Source of the DNA: Rhodocyclaceae bacterium
Lineage (GTDB): Bacteria; Pseudomonadota; Gammaproteobacteria; Burkholderiales; Rhodocyclaceae
Length of the DNA stretch: 64,000 nt
NCBI GenBank assembly: GCA_016721505.1
Contig: JADKHX010000002.1
Span: 37,126 to 101,125, forward strand
Direction of reading: 5' to 3'
Part shown: piece by piece, positions 19,456 through 30,413 of the stretch
Position numbering within the stretch: the stretch's first letter is position 1
Layout: the number at the start of each line of letters is the position of its first letter
Translations under genes and position numbers: made by a program
Notes under the pieces: generated by a model
The model's database searches: none
What the model saw: only the letters and a program-made list of their open reading frames with translations
Told to the model about the DNA's origin: nothing

Positions 19456-21080
19456 TAGTGCGCAGCCGCCAAATGCTCTTCAGTAATCACTGGGGGATCT
19501 TCGAAGGTGTGATATGGCACGGGTGATGGCAGCGTCCATTCCAATCCAGTTGCGCCGTCCCATGGTTTGACCGGCGCAGCTTCGCCACCTTTGATGTTTT
19601 TCAGCACGACCCAGAGGAAAATCAATTGGCTGAAGCCGAAGCCGAATGCGCCAATGGATGACACCGCATTGAAATCGGTAAATTGGGTTGCGTAGTCGGG
19701 TATCCGACGCGGCATTCCGGCCAAACCGAGGAAATGCTGCGGGAAAAATGCCACATTGAAAAACACGATCGAAGTCCAGAAATGTACTTTGCCGAGCGCT
19801 TCGTCATACATGCGCCCAGTCCATTTTGGCAGCCAAAAATACGCACCGGCATACGCCGAAAACAACGCGCCAGCCACCATCACATAGTGAAAATGCGCCA
19901 CCACGTAGTAGGTGTCTTGCAATTGGATATCCACCGCCGTGATCGCCAGAACCAATCCCGTCAAGCCGCCAACGGTGAATAAGAACAAGAATCCAAGGGC
20001 AAATAGCATTGGCGTTTCAAAAGTCAGTTCGCCGCGCCACATGGTGGTGATCCAGTTGAAAACTTTGACGCCCGTTGGCACTGCAATTAACAGCGTGGCG
20101 TACATGAAATACAGCTGGCCAGTCAGCGGAATACCGGTGACATACATGTGATGCGCCCAGACAAAAAATGAAATCAGTCCGATCGCGGCAATTGCGTAGA
20201 CCATTGAAGTGTAGCCAAACAAATGCTTGCGCGAGAACGCCGGGATTACGTGCGAAACCACCCCAAATGCAGGTAGCGCGATGATGTACACCTCGGGGTG
20301 ACCGAAGAACCAAAAAATGTGCTGGAACAGCACAGGGTCGCCACCGCCAGCGGCGTTAAAGAAGCTCGTGCCGAAATGACGATCAGTAAGCAGCATGGTG
20401 ACTGCACCGGCCAATATCGGCATCGACGCAATTAGTAGAAACGCCGTGACCAACCAGGTCCAGCAGAACATCGGCATGCGCATTAGTGTCATGCCCGGTG
20501 CGCGCATATTCAAGATCGTGGTAATGATGTTGATCGAACCCATGATCGATGACATACCCAAAATATGCACGGCGAAAATCGCCATGTCCATACCCAAGCC
20601 CATTTGAACTGACAGCGGTGGGTAAAGTGTCCATCCCGTGCCAGCGGCACCGCCTGGAACAAAAAGCGAACCTGTGAGCAAAATCGCGGCAGGCGGGAGC
20701 AACCAGAAACTCCAGTTGTTCATCCGCGCAAACGCCATATCTGGCGCGCCAACCATCATTGGAATCATCCAGTTAGCAAAGCCAACGAAGGCCGGCATGA
20801 TCGCGCCAAACACCATGATCAGCGCATGCAAGGTAAGCATTTGGTTGTAGAACTCAGGGGATACGTACTGCAAACCTGGCGCAAAAAGTTCGCCACGGAT
20901 GACCAGCGACATTGCGCCGCCAACCAAAAACATGACAAAGCTGAACCACAAATACATGGTGCCAATATCTTTGTGATTGGTAGTGGTAAACCAACCCATG
21001 AGGCCAGGCGCGCGACCGTGATGGGCGTGGTCGCCATGATCACCGTGGGCATGATCGTGTGTGTCGTGACTTGCTTGCAT
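19455..21080 (-). CDS. ctaD: cytochrome c oxidase subunit I (A-family)
   Basis: 541 aa. WFFGHPEVY (CuB His plus cross-link Tyr), an HH pair and VVAHFHYV. Confidence 0.97.
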   Translation of the reverse strand: MQASHDTHDHAHGDHGDHAHHGRAPGLMGWFTTTNHKDIGTMYLWFSFVMFLVGGAMSLVIRGELFAPGLQYVSPEFYNQMLTLHALIMVFGAIMPAFVGFANWMIPMMVGAPDMAFARMNNWSFWLLPPAAILLTGSLFVPGGAAGTGWTLYPPLSVQMGLGMDMAIFAVHILGMSSIMGSINIITTILNMRAPGMTLMRMPMFCWTWLVTAFLLIASMPILAGAVTMLLTDRHFGTSFFNAAGGGDPVLFQHIFWFFGHPEVYIIALPAFGVVSHVIPAFSRKHLFGYTSMVYAIAAIGLISFFVWAHHMYVTGIPLTGQLYFMYATLLIAVPTGVKVFNWITTMWRGELTFETPMLFALGFLFLFTVGGLTGLVLAITAVDIQLQDTYYVVAHFHYVMVAGALFSAYAGAYFWLPKWTGRMYDEALGKVHFWTSIVFFNVAFFPQHFLGLAGMPRRIPDYATQFTDFNAVSSIGAFGFGFSQLIFLWVVLKNIKGGEAAPVKPWDGATGLEWTLPSPVPYHTFEDPPVITEEHLAAAH

Positions 21081-21132
21081 ATTCAGATACTCCTAGTTGC
21101 GTAGTGCGTCAGGTTCATTGCTGTTCAACAAA

Positions 21133-22293
21133 TTATTTGCCGCGAAGCGCTTTGACTTCGGCTGGTTGAATAACATCATTCAGCTTGTTGCTCCAAGCAT
21201 TGCGCTCGTAAGCAACCACAGACGCTATGTCTGCGTCATTGAGTTGAGCGCCGAATGCCGCCATCGCAGTGCCAGGCTTGCCATTAATAACAATAGCGAG
21301 ATGTCTTTCTTTGGGCCCCTTAACAATTGCTGAGCCATCGAGCGCGGGGAACGCCGGCGGCACACCTTTGCCCGTCGGTTGGTGACAACCGGCACAATTG
21401 GTTGTGTAAACCTTTTCACCACGTTTCACCAACTCGTCGAGCGTGAATACTTTGTTCGGATCATCTGCCGCCGCAGCCATTTCTTTTTGTTGCGCGGCTA
21501 CCCATTCGGCGTACTTGGCTTCTGACACCACATCGACCACGATAGGCATAAAACCGTGATCTTTGCCGCACAGTTCGGAGCACTGACCACGATAAGTACC
21601 TTCTTTATCGGCCTTGAACCATGCATCGCGCACAAAGCCCGGCACCGCATCGGTCTTGACGGCAAAAGCAGGCACCGACCAGTTGTGGATGACGTCGGTA
21701 GCTGTTGTCAAGATGCGGACTTTCTTGTTAACCGGTACGACAAGGTGACGATCAACTTCAAGCAAATAGTTCTCGCCCTTGGCTTCTTTGTTTTCGATTT
21801 GCGCGCGCGGGGTCGAGAGTACGCTGATGAACTTGATTCCGGTTGCATCACCACTCATGTATTCGTAGCCCCATTTCCACTGATAGCCCGTGACTTTAAT
21901 GGTCATATCGGCTTTGGAAGTGTCGCGTTGATTAACCAGCGCAATCGTGGCGGGAACGGCGATAGCAACCAATATCACAGCGGGAATCAATGTCCACAAA
22001 ATTTCAACCGTGAGATTGTCGTGAAAGTCTGCCGCTTTGTGACCGCGCTTGCGCGTATGCATCACCAGCGAATAGCCCAAAACACCAAACACCCCAACGA
22101 AAATAATCGTGACGAAAATCGTCAGGAATGTATGCAAATCGTAAATGCGCCGCGCTAAATCTGTGACCGGCTCTTGCAGATTGAGCTTCCATTCGGCTTG
22201 CGCTACACCAGCGAAAATCGCCAGCGAACCAGCCAACAGCACAGTAAGCACGGTTTTCAATCCGGCGAACTGGTTGGATGTATCTTTCGTCAT
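21133..22293 (-). CDS. ctaC: cytochrome c oxidase subunit II with fused C-terminal cytochrome c domain
   Basis: CuA site CSELCGKDHGFM plus CAGCHQ heme c motif. Start at ATG 22293 (MTKDTSNQ), preceded by a GGGAGA RBS. Confidence 0.93.
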   Translation of the reverse strand: MTKDTSNQFAGLKTVLTVLLAGSLAIFAGVAQAEWKLNLQEPVTDLARRIYDLHTFLTIFVTIIFVGVFGVLGYSLVMHTRKRGHKAADFHDNLTVEILWTLIPAVILVAIAVPATIALVNQRDTSKADMTIKVTGYQWKWGYEYMSGDATGIKFISVLSTPRAQIENKEAKGENYLLEVDRHLVVPVNKKVRILTTATDVIHNWSVPAFAVKTDAVPGFVRDAWFKADKEGTYRGQCSELCGKDHGFMPIVVDVVSEAKYAEWVAAQQKEMAAAADDPNKVFTLDELVKRGEKVYTTNCAGCHQPTGKGVPPAFPALDGSAIVKGPKERHLAIVINGKPGTAMAAFGAQLNDADIASVVAYERNAWSNKLNDVIQPAEVKALRGK

Positions 22294-22463
22294 TATTTCT
22301 CCCGGACTTGGAACCAAAACTTGTACTTTGTAAGGCTGCACTAGCGCGCAAGTACGTCACAAAAACTGAGTTTTGTGAAAAACTCGCTGCATGCCACTAT
22401 GTTCAACGCCGCGAAGGTTAACACGGCGCACCCCATCGCTGCAAAAATTTTGCGATGCACTTG

Positions 22464-23834
22464 CTAGGTTGCAGGGCTTGACAAGGCCGCCATCAAGCGC
22501 TGATGAACGCCACCAAAGCCCCCATTACTCATTACCAAAATTTGATCGCCTGTCTGCGCCTGCTCGCAAACTGCAGTCACGAGCTGATCCAAATCGCCAT
22601 GACATTGAGTTTTATTGGCGATGGACGAAAGCGCCTCAGCTGCATCCCATCCCAGATTATTGGTATAGCAAAAGACTAAATCGGCTTCGCGCAGACTCGC
22701 TGGCAACTGCGCTTTCATGGTGCCAAGTTTCATGGTGTTTGAGCGCGGTTCCAATACCGCCAATATCCGCGCCTTACCTGCAGTCTGACGCAGACCCGCC
22801 AAAGTCAAGCGAATCGCCGTCGGGTGATGGGCGAAATCATCAATTACGGTGATATCGCGAACCACGCCACGAATTTCCATACGCCGCTTGACGCCGGAAA
22901 AGGTCTCCAGCGCCTTAAGCCCAACCGCCACCGGCACACCAGCATGGCGAGCGGCAGCCAGTGCCGCGAGCGCGTTGGCGCGATTGTGATCGCCGCTTAA
23001 CGCGAACTGTTTGACCGAGCCGAAATGTTTGCCATCCAAGCCAACATCAAAACCACCGTCTGCGTTGACATTTTCACTGCGCCATCCACTGGCAGAGTTG
23101 GCCGCAACGTCAAATTTTTCGATTGGAGTCCAACAAGCGCGCGCTAACACCCTAGCGAGATTGTCGTCGGTGGCGTTGGAAACAATCAACCCATTGGCAG
23201 GAATAGTACGCACTAAATGGTGAAATTGTGTCTCGATAGCAGCAAGATCAGCGAAGATGTCTGCATGATCGAATTCCAAGTTATTCAAAACCACCGTTCG
23301 TGGATGGTAGTGAACAAACTTGGATCGCTTATCGCAAAACGCCGTATCGTATTCGTCGGCCTCGATGACAAAGAACGCTGAATCGGTCAATCGTGCGGAA
23401 ACCCCAAAGCCTTGTGGAACGCCACCTACTAAAAATGACGGGTTCAAGCCGGCTTCTTCCAAAATCCAGGTCAGTAGCGAAGTCGTTGTGGTTTTTCCGT
23501 GGGTCCCTGCCACACCCAAGACCCAGCGACTACGCAAAATATTGTCGGCCAACCACTGCGGACCAGACACATACGGCAAACTCTGTGCCAGCACGGCTTC
23601 GAGCAGAGGATTTCCGCGTGAAATTGCATTGCCAATTACAAACAGGTCGGGCATCAGCTTGGTTTGCTCCGCGCCATAGCCTTCGACCAGCTTGATTCCT
23701 TGCGCCTCAAGCTGAGTACTCATGGGCGGATAGACATTGGCATCGCAACCAGTGACGGTGTGCCCCGCGCTTCTGGCGAGCAGCGCAATGCCGCCCATGA
23801 ACGTGCCGCAAACGCCAAGAATGTGAATATGCAT
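22464..23834 (-). CDS. mpl: UDP-N-acetylmuramate:L-alanyl-gamma-D-glutamyl-meso-diaminopimelate ligase
   Basis: 456 aa. MHIHILGVCGTFMGGIALLA N-terminus and the GTHGKTTT P-loop of Mur ligases. Confidence 0.9.
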   Translation of the reverse strand: MHIHILGVCGTFMGGIALLARSAGHTVTGCDANVYPPMSTQLEAQGIKLVEGYGAEQTKLMPDLFVIGNAISRGNPLLEAVLAQSLPYVSGPQWLADNILRSRWVLGVAGTHGKTTTTSLLTWILEEAGLNPSFLVGGVPQGFGVSARLTDSAFFVIEADEYDTAFCDKRSKFVHYHPRTVVLNNLEFDHADIFADLAAIETQFHHLVRTIPANGLIVSNATDDNLARVLARACWTPIEKFDVAANSASGWRSENVNADGGFDVGLDGKHFGSVKQFALSGDHNRANALAALAAARHAGVPVAVGLKALETFSGVKRRMEIRGVVRDITVIDDFAHHPTAIRLTLAGLRQTAGKARILAVLEPRSNTMKLGTMKAQLPASLREADLVFCYTNNLGWDAAEALSSIANKTQCHGDLDQLVTAVCEQAQTGDQILVMSNGGFGGVHQRLMAALSSPAT

Positions 23835-23952
23835 AAGGCCGTGTTAATGGAATAATGGGAGAGATTTTACCCGCCACATTCATCTGCAAATCACAGTCAA
23901 TTGCACGCGAAAATCGATCAAATCCATTGCATTGATTGCGGTTCTCACCACT

Positions 23953-24558
23953 ATGCCCCGCCACAAGCCAACCATTAGCAGCTCAACTTACCTTCGCCGC
24001 AGCATAGCCAGCGCTGCGGCGCGCTTGATCGCCGAAGGTGGCATGAGCGATTTTGGTAGTGCAAAACGCAAGGCCGCGCGGCAATTGGGTGCGAGCGATG
24101 GCGATGCCTTGCCAAGCAACGATGAAGTCGAAATCGAATTGCGCGCGTATCAGGCAATATTCCAAGATAACGAACAAACAGAACGGCTGCACGAAATGCG
24201 GACGAATGCATTGGAAATTATGAATTTACTGGCAGATTTTCACCCGCACCTGACAGGCGCAGTGTTAAATGGCACTGCTGGCCGCTATGCGCCAATTGAG
24301 ATTGACCTATTTGCTGACAGCAGCAAAGATGTTGAGATATTCATGCTATCTCACAACATTTTGTACTCATCTACCGAGATACGTCGGCAAAATCCCTTAT
24401 CTGCAGAAACTCGCCTACATCTAGACTGGAATCACGACAGCATCGATTTATCGGTTTATCCGATTGCCGCAGTACGCACGCTGACACGCGACAATCGAGC
24501 TTGCGCCGCCACGATTGTTGGCCTTTTGGCCGCAACCCCGGAAATCACCCCGACATGA
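23953..24558 (+). CDS. conserved hypothetical protein
   Basis: About 201 aa from ATG 23953 with good coding texture. I recognise no motif. Confidence 0.5.
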   Translation: MPRHKPTISSSTYLRRSIASAAARLIAEGGMSDFGSAKRKAARQLGASDGDALPSNDEVEIELRAYQAIFQDNEQTERLHEMRTNALEIMNLLADFHPHLTGAVLNGTAGRYAPIEIDLFADSSKDVEIFMLSHNILYSSTEIRRQNPLSAETRLHLDWNHDSIDLSVYPIAAVRTLTRDNRACAATIVGLLAATPEITPT

Positions 24559-25130
24559 AACCACCGTTCATTTTGGTCGCCGGTATTGCCGCGGCACTAA
24601 TCTCTGTTGCTGCTCTCAGCTACCTACTCACGCGCGACATCGTATCGGAGGCGCCGCCGAATTTGGCCTCCTTGACCGTACCGCAAGCACACACTTCGAC
24701 CGCCATCACGGCTTTGACGCTGCCTGACACAACTGGCACAAATCAATCCATGAGTCAGTGGCGAGGAAAAATATTGGTGGTAAATTTTTGGGCAACCTGG
24801 TGCCCTCCGTGTCGCGAAGAGATGCCGGCTTTTTCGCGCCTTGCTGAAAAACACGCTGCCAACGGTGTTCAATTTGTTGGCATCTCCATCGATACACTTA
24901 ACAACGTACTGGATTTCCAAAAACGCACGCCCGTCAGCTACCCGCTACTGATAGGAACAATGGAAACGGTACAGAACACCATTCCGCTTGGAAACAATGC
25001 GCAAGCCCTACCTTTTACAGCCATCTTTGATCGGTCTGGCGTGCTGCATTCGGTCAAGCTTGGGCGCTTGGCAGAGGCTGAATTAGCGCATACTCTGCTA
25101 GCCCTCGAGACAAACGCAGAGACCAAGTAG
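24555..25130 (+). CDS. TlpA/ResA-like periplasmic thiol:disulfide oxidoreductase
   Basis: N-terminal TM anchor and a WATWCPPC thioredoxin motif. ATGA overlap with the previous gene. Confidence 0.88.
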   Translation: MKPPFILVAGIAAALISVAALSYLLTRDIVSEAPPNLASLTVPQAHTSTAITALTLPDTTGTNQSMSQWRGKILVVNFWATWCPPCREEMPAFSRLAEKHAANGVQFVGISIDTLNNVLDFQKRTPVSYPLLIGTMETVQNTIPLGNNAQALPFTAIFDRSGVLHSVKLGRLAEAELAHTLLALETNAETK

Positions 25131-25167
25131 TGGACAAACTGACGTTATTTGCGGCAAACTCACTGTC

Positions 25168-25713
25168 ATGACGAAGTCAACTAACCAAGCGAGCAACGCG
25201 AAACCTGCATCCAAGCAGGCTAAAAAGGCTGGGGCTCTCGCGGCAACTACGGGTCGCAGTGAGGGAATTTTAGTGCTGCACGGGCCGAATCTGAATTTGC
25301 TTGGCTCACGCGAACCAGAAATTTACGGTAGCTGTACGCTTGCCGACATTTCTACGACGATGAGTGCGCGAGCCAAAGGTGCTGGCGTGCGCTTGGAGAG
25401 CTTCCAAAGCAATCACGAAGGCGATTTGATCGACCGGATTCAAAGTGCGCGTGCAATCGGCATTGGGTTCATCATCATAAACGCCGCAGGCTTCACGCAC
25501 ACTAGCATTGCCATGCGAGACGCCCTGGCGGCTGTCGAAATTCCGTTTATCGAAGTCCATCTTTCGAATATTCATAAACGCGAAATTTTTCGCCATCATT
25601 CGTATTTTTCTGAACTTGCCGAGGGTGTCATTGTCGGCCTCGGCGCGCAGGGTTATGAATTGGCGCTTGAAGCCGCATTAACCCGATTGGGTCACGGCGA
25701 AAAGCGCACTTGA
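25168..25713 (+). CDS. aroQ: type II 3-dehydroquinate dehydratase
   Basis: [17 protein letters not shown] and [15 protein letters not shown] motifs. Carries a ~33-aa Lys/Ala-rich N-terminal extension, so the start is uncertain. Confidence 0.9.
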   Translation: MTKSTNQASNAKPASKQAKKAGALAATTGRSEGILVLHGPNLNLLGSREPEIYGSCTLADISTTMSARAKGAGVRLESFQSNHEGDLIDRIQSARAIGIGFIIINAAGFTHTSIAMRDALAAVEIPFIEVHLSNIHKREIFRHHSYFSELAEGVIVGLGAQGYELALEAALTRLGHGEKRT

Positions 25714-25800
25714 TCCAAAAAACAATACGGTGACGCGCAAGCTGGTGGTCGCGCTAATCCTGCCAAGGCTACGGCCAGTAACATTTTTGAGGAGCCTTCT

Positions 25801-26271
25801 ATGGACCTAAGAAAACTCAAGACACTGATTGATCTGGTACAAAATTCCGGCATTTCGGAATTGGAAATTAGCGAAGGCGAAGAAAAGATTCGCATTGCCA
25901 AATATGCCCCTGGTGTTCCCGCCACCACCTACGCTCATGCTCCAGCGCCAGTGCATGTCTCCGTCCCGGTCGGGTCAAATGACGGCGTGTCACCAGCACC
26001 AACTGGCGCGATGGAGCCGGTGGCCGCTGAACCACAAGGCCACATTGTCAAATCACCAATGGTCGGCACCTTCTATCGCTCGGGTGCGCCGGGTGCTCCA
26101 GCGTTTGTGGAAGTCGGCCAAGCGGTTAAAGAAGGCGATCGCCTGTGCATCATCGAAGCGATGAAACTGATGAACGAAATCGAATCCGATGCGACCGGTA
26201 CTGTGAAAGCCATACTGGTTGAAAACGGCCAGCCGCTGGAGTTTGGCCAACCGATGTTTGTGATCGGCTGA
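25801..26271 (+). CDS. accB: biotin carboxyl carrier protein
   Basis: 156 aa. Biotinylation motif [10 protein letters not shown]. Pro/Ala linker. Confidence 0.95.
   Translation: MDLRKLKTLIDLVQNSGISELEISEGEEKIRIAKYAPGVPATTYAHAPAPVHVSVPVGSNDGVSPAPTGAMEPVAAEPQGHIVKSPMVGTFYRSGAPGAPAFVEVGQAVKEGDRLCIIEAMKLMNEIESDATGTVKAILVENGQPLEFGQPMFVIG
25982..26008 (+). repeat. 27-nt motif copy inside the accB linker
   Basis: ACGGCGTGTCACCAGCACCAACTGGCG, read as [10 protein letters not shown]. Confidence 0.75.
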
Positions 26272-26273
26272 AT

Positions 26274-27638
26274 ATGATCGGCAAGGTTCTTATCGCCAAT
26301 CGCGGTGAAATTGCGTTGCGAATTTTGCGCGCCTGTCGCGAGATGGGTATCCGCACGGTAGCGGTACATTCTGAGGCTGATACCGAAGCCAAATACGTCA
26401 AGCTGGCCGACGAATCGGTGTGCATTGGTCCTGCACCTTCTGGACTGAGTTATCTCAATATCCCAGCGATTATTTCCGCGGCTGAAGTGACTGATGCCGA
26501 AGCCATTCACCCCGGTTACGGTTTTCTCTCGGAGAATGCAGATTTCGCTGAACGGGTTGAACGATCCGGTTTCATTTTCATCGGCCCGCGCCCAGAAACT
26601 ATCCGTTTAATGGGTGACAAAGTCTCGGCCAAAGCTGCCATGCGCGCAGCGCAAGTGCCTTGCGTGCCAGGATCAGAGGGCGCCTTGCCGGAGGATCCCA
26701 AAGAGTGCGTCAAGATTGCTCGCGCAGTCGGCTATCCGGTCATCATCAAGGCGGCGGGCGGCGGCGGCGGGCGTGGTATGCGCGTGGTGCATACCGAGGC
26801 GGCACTGGTTAACGCGATCGCCATGACTCGCGCCGAAGCCGGCGCTGCGTTCAACAACGCGACGGTGTATTTGGAAAAATATTTAGTTACCCCGCGACAC
26901 ATCGAAATTCAGGTGGTGGCCGATGCGCATGGCAACGCTATTTGGCTAGGTGAGCGTGACTGCTCGATGCAAAGGCGACATCAGAAAGTCTTGGAGGAAT
27001 CGCCCGCACCGGGTATCCCGCGCCGCTATATCAGCCGTGTTGGTGACCGCTGCGCGGATGCCTGTCGACGCATCAACTATCGTGGCGCTGGAACGTTTGA
27101 ATTCCTTTACGAGAACAACGAGTTTTATTTCATCGAAATGAATACGCGGGTTCAGGTCGAGCACCCGGTCACTGAAGAAACCAGCGGCATCGATATTGTG
27201 CAAGCCCAAATTCGCGTTGCCAATGGCGAAAAACTTTGGCTCAAACAACGCGAAATCGAAGCGCGTGGACATTCCATCGAATGTCGCATCAATGCTGAAG
27301 ATCCTTTCAAATTCACGCCATCGCCGGGAAAAATCACCAACTGGCATCCACCCGGAGGCCCGGGCATTCGCGTTGATTCGCATGCGTATTCGGGCTACAT
27401 CGTGCCGCAGTATTACGATTCGATGATAGGCAAAGTTATTGCCACCGGCGACACCCGCGAACAAGCCATCCGTCGCATGCGAATTGCCTTATCCGAGATG
27501 ATGGTTGACGGCATTAAAACCAACATTCCCCTGCATCAGGATTTGCTGTTGGACGAACGTTTTATTCAAGGCGGCACCAGCATTCACTACCTAGAAGAAA
27601 AGCTCGCCCAGCGCGAGGAAGCGCGTCGCAACACATAA
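26274..27638 (+). CDS. accC: biotin carboxylase
   Basis: 454 aa ATP-grasp protein. [15 protein letters not shown]-terminus. Immediately follows accB. Confidence 0.96.
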   Translation: MIGKVLIANRGEIALRILRACREMGIRTVAVHSEADTEAKYVKLADESVCIGPAPSGLSYLNIPAIISAAEVTDAEAIHPGYGFLSENADFAERVERSGFIFIGPRPETIRLMGDKVSAKAAMRAAQVPCVPGSEGALPEDPKECVKIARAVGYPVIIKAAGGGGGRGMRVVHTEAALVNAIAMTRAEAGAAFNNATVYLEKYLVTPRHIEIQVVADAHGNAIWLGERDCSMQRRHQKVLEESPAPGIPRRYISRVGDRCADACRRINYRGAGTFEFLYENNEFYFIEMNTRVQVEHPVTEETSGIDIVQAQIRVANGEKLWLKQREIEARGHSIECRINAEDPFKFTPSPGKITNWHPPGGPGIRVDSHAYSGYIVPQYYDSMIGKVIATGDTREQAIRRMRIALSEMMVDGIKTNIPLHQDLLLDERFIQGGTSIHYLEEKLAQREEARRNT

Positions 27639-27647
27639 GGGCCGCCA

Positions 27648-28538
27648 ATGTGGTTAGAAGTGAAGCTGGAAACCGAAGCGCTGCACGCTGACGCATTAGC
27701 CGATGCTTTGCTGGCTTGCGGTGCGATTTCTGCTAGCGTCGAAGACGCGCATGCGGGCACCGATTTGGAAACACCGCAGTTTGGTGAACCCGATGGCACT
27801 GCAAATACTCCGCCAACACCTCTGTGGGATCGCAGTCGCGTAATCGCTTTGTTTGAACCTGCCGAAGATTTGCGCGTGCGGATAGCCAAGGTGGCTGGAT
27901 TATCGAACCCTTCATCGATTTTGCTGACCGAAGTCGCTGAACAAGATTGGGTGCGTTTGACTCAATCGCAGTTCGATCCGATTTGCATCAACGAACAACT
28001 TTGGATTGTGCCTTCGTGGCATGTCGCGCCCAACGCCAAGGCAATAAATTTGGTGCTCGACCCTGGTCTCGCTTTCGGCACTGGTTCACACCCGACAACT
28101 TTTCTGTGCTTAGATTGGCTGACGCAAATTGATTGTCGTAACAAGTCTGTGCTTGATTACGGTTGCGGCTCAGGCATCCTCGCCATCGCTGCCGCACGCT
28201 TAGGTGCGGCTACGGTGTTAGGTGTCGACATCGACCAAAATGCATTGATCGCCGCCAAAGACAATGCAACAAACAACAGCGTTAATTTACCGCTTCGCCA
28301 TTCGGTGCAACCACTAACTGAAACATTCGATATCGTCGTCGCCAATATTTTGACCAACCCGTTGTGCGTACTTGCGCCGCTGTTGGTCCAACGTGTCGCT
28401 GCCGGGGGCTGTATAACTTTGTCGGGCGTATTGGAAACCCAAGCCGAGCAAGTTATCGCCGCCTACGCACCATATTTATCTCTGAAAATCGGCGCAACGC
28501 GCGACGGGTGGGTTCGGCTTGAAGGCACAAAATGCTAA
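27648..28538 (+). CDS. prmA: ribosomal protein L11 methyltransferase
   Basis: 296 aa. DYGCGSGILAIAAARLGA SAM motif. Conserved accBC-prmA synteny. Confidence 0.92.
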   Translation: MWLEVKLETEALHADALADALLACGAISASVEDAHAGTDLETPQFGEPDGTANTPPTPLWDRSRVIALFEPAEDLRVRIAKVAGLSNPSSILLTEVAEQDWVRLTQSQFDPICINEQLWIVPSWHVAPNAKAINLVLDPGLAFGTGSHPTTFLCLDWLTQIDCRNKSVLDYGCGSGILAIAAARLGAATVLGVDIDQNALIAAKDNATNNSVNLPLRHSVQPLTETFDIVVANILTNPLCVLAPLLVQRVAAGGCITLSGVLETQAEQVIAAYAPYLSLKIGATRDGWVRLEGTKC

Positions 28539-29407
28539 GCCGTTGCCCCAATTGTCAGACAACTTTCCGAGTCACCACAGAACAACTCAAGGCGCGTCTC
28601 GGGCAAGTACGTTGCGGCACCTGCAAGCAAGTGTTCAACGCACTTGAAGCATTGGTCGATGCTTTACCCGATACTCAATCGCTTGCCCCACCGGCGCCAG
28701 TTTGGCGTGACGCCGCAGCCGCTCCGTTAGCGCGACCAGACTCATTCACCAACGAACGAAGCTTTCACAGCTTGCTGAGCAAAGAAGTATCGTCCGACTT
28801 GCCGCTGGCTCAAGCAGCAAATAGTGCCAATGCTGACATCGAAGAATTCACCAGTGATGCATTCGAATCAATCGGGTCTAGCGACGAAGCACCAGATGAA
28901 GCATTGCCCGTGCAGCCGCCGATCAAACTTCGCCGCTGGCCATGGGCAATTGCCGCCAGCCTTGCAGGCATTGTCTTCATCGCGCAAATTGCGGTTTACT
29001 ACCGCATTGAAATTGCGGTGCTGTCGCCCGAAGCACGCCCGGCGTTAGAGGCGCTTTGCGAGGTCGCCATGTGCAGCGTTGACTTGCCTAGCAAGGTCGA
29101 GCTATTGAGCATTGAAGCTTCCGATCTGCATCCGGTTGATCCCGCAACACCAACTCAACTCGAACTGACCGCGACCTTACGAAATCGCGCGCCGTTTGCA
29201 CAAACTTGGCCGCACTTGGAACTAACAATTACCGACACCACCGATAATGCGGTGGCTCGCCGGGTAATTGCACCGCAAGAATATTTGCTGCGCGGGCGCG
29301 ATGCGACCAGCGGATTTGCCAGTCAAAGCGACAATCCCGTCAGCATTTTTCTCACCACCGCCGGACTCCCCGCCAGCGGCTATCGTCTTTATCTTTTCTA
29401 TCCCTAA
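28532..29407 (+). CDS. zinc-ribbon (MJ0042-type) plus DUF3426 membrane protein
   Basis: N-terminal CPNC...CGTC zinc ribbon, one central TM and a C-terminal DUF3426-like domain. Confidence 0.75.
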   Translation: MLSRCPNCQTTFRVTTEQLKARLGQVRCGTCKQVFNALEALVDALPDTQSLAPPAPVWRDAAAAPLARPDSFTNERSFHSLLSKEVSSDLPLAQAANSANADIEEFTSDAFESIGSSDEAPDEALPVQPPIKLRRWPWAIAASLAGIVFIAQIAVYYRIEIAVLSPEARPALEALCEVAMCSVDLPSKVELLSIEASDLHPVDPATPTQLELTATLRNRAPFAQTWPHLELTITDTTDNAVARRVIAPQEYLLRGRDATSGFASQSDNPVSIFLTTAGLPASGYRLYLFYP

Positions 29408-29412
29408 ACCCT

Positions 29413-30348
29413 ATGAATACACTGATCTGCGGATCGATTGCCTACGACACCATCATGGTGTTCAACGACCGCTTCAAAAACCACTTGTTGCCCGATCAAT
29501 TGCACATTCTCAATGTGTCATTTCTGGTACCAGAAATGCGCCGAGAATACGGCGGCTGTGCCGGCAACATTGCCTACAACCTGAATCTGCTCGGCGGCAA
29601 ACCACTGATCATGGCCAGCGTCGGTCAAGACAGCGCGCCCTATTTGCAACGCATGAAGACACTCGGACTGTCATCCAAACATGTGCGTGAGATCGCCACC
29701 AGCTTTACTGCGCAAGCCTTTATCACTACCGATCTGGACGACAATCAGATCACTGCATTTCATCCCGGTGCGATGAATTTCTCGCACCAAAACCATATCG
29801 CCGACGCGAGCAATGTAAGTCTAGGAATCATTTCGCCCGATGGGCGCGATGGCATGCTGCAACACGCCACAGAATTCCACGCCGCGGGCATACCGTTTGT
29901 ATTCGATCCCGGTCAAGGCTTGCCAATGTTTGACGGCGCAGACTTGCTCAAGTTTCTCGATCTGGCCGACTATTGCACAGTGAATGATTACGAAGCCAAA
30001 CTACTTACCGAACGCACCGGCAAGTCGCTAAACGAATTGGCAACGATGGTCCGTGCACTGATCGTAACGCTGGGTGGCGAAGGCTCAGAGATCTATGCCG
30101 ACGGTACTCGCATTGCGATTCCAAGCGTCAAACCCACGGCGCTGGTTGACCCAACCGGTTGCGGTGATGCCTACCGTGCCGGCCTGTTGTATGGCATCGG
30201 TGAAGGCTGGGATTGGCGCAAAACGGGACGGCTCGCATCACTACTAGGTTCTATAAAAATAGCCGAGCGCGGCGGGCAAAATCATACGCCGACCAAATCT
30301 GAAATCGCCGCAAGCTTCCACGCCGCGTTTGGTGAAAAGCCATGGTGA
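29413..30348 (+). CDS. PfkB-family carbohydrate/nucleoside kinase
   Basis: 311 aa with the DPTGCGDAYRAGLLYG signature. Confidence 0.85.
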   Translation: MNTLICGSIAYDTIMVFNDRFKNHLLPDQLHILNVSFLVPEMRREYGGCAGNIAYNLNLLGGKPLIMASVGQDSAPYLQRMKTLGLSSKHVREIATSFTAQAFITTDLDDNQITAFHPGAMNFSHQNHIADASNVSLGIISPDGRDGMLQHATEFHAAGIPFVFDPGQGLPMFDGADLLKFLDLADYCTVNDYEAKLLTERTGKSLNELATMVRALIVTLGGEGSEIYADGTRIAIPSVKPTALVDPTGCGDAYRAGLLYGIGEGWDWRKTGRLASLLGSIKIAERGGQNHTPTKSEIAASFHAAFGEKPW

Positions 30349-30370
30349 AACAGCGCCTGAGTGGTGCACA

Positions 30371-30398
30371 CGCCAGTTGGTGCTGGTAACACGCCGTT
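30371..30398 (-). repeat. 27-nt motif copy, intergenic
   Basis: CGCCAGTTGGTGCTGGTAACACGCCGTT, 16 nt upstream of the TPR-GT9 gene. Confidence 0.75.
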
Positions 30399-30413
30399 AG
30401 TTCGTATCGCGCC

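Noticed and set aside
22294-22463. Hairpin CACAAAA-(6 nt)-TTTTGTG in the mpl-ctaC spacer as a terminator
   Set aside because: It has a short AT-only stem and no adjacent U-run on the relevant strand. It is not distinguishable from chance.
25168-25270. Lys/Ala-rich 33-residue N-terminal extension of AroQ as a novel domain
   Set aside because: It is most likely a low-complexity tail or a mis-set start. There is no alternative ATG, but the region has no structure or motif. It is too weak to report as a finding.
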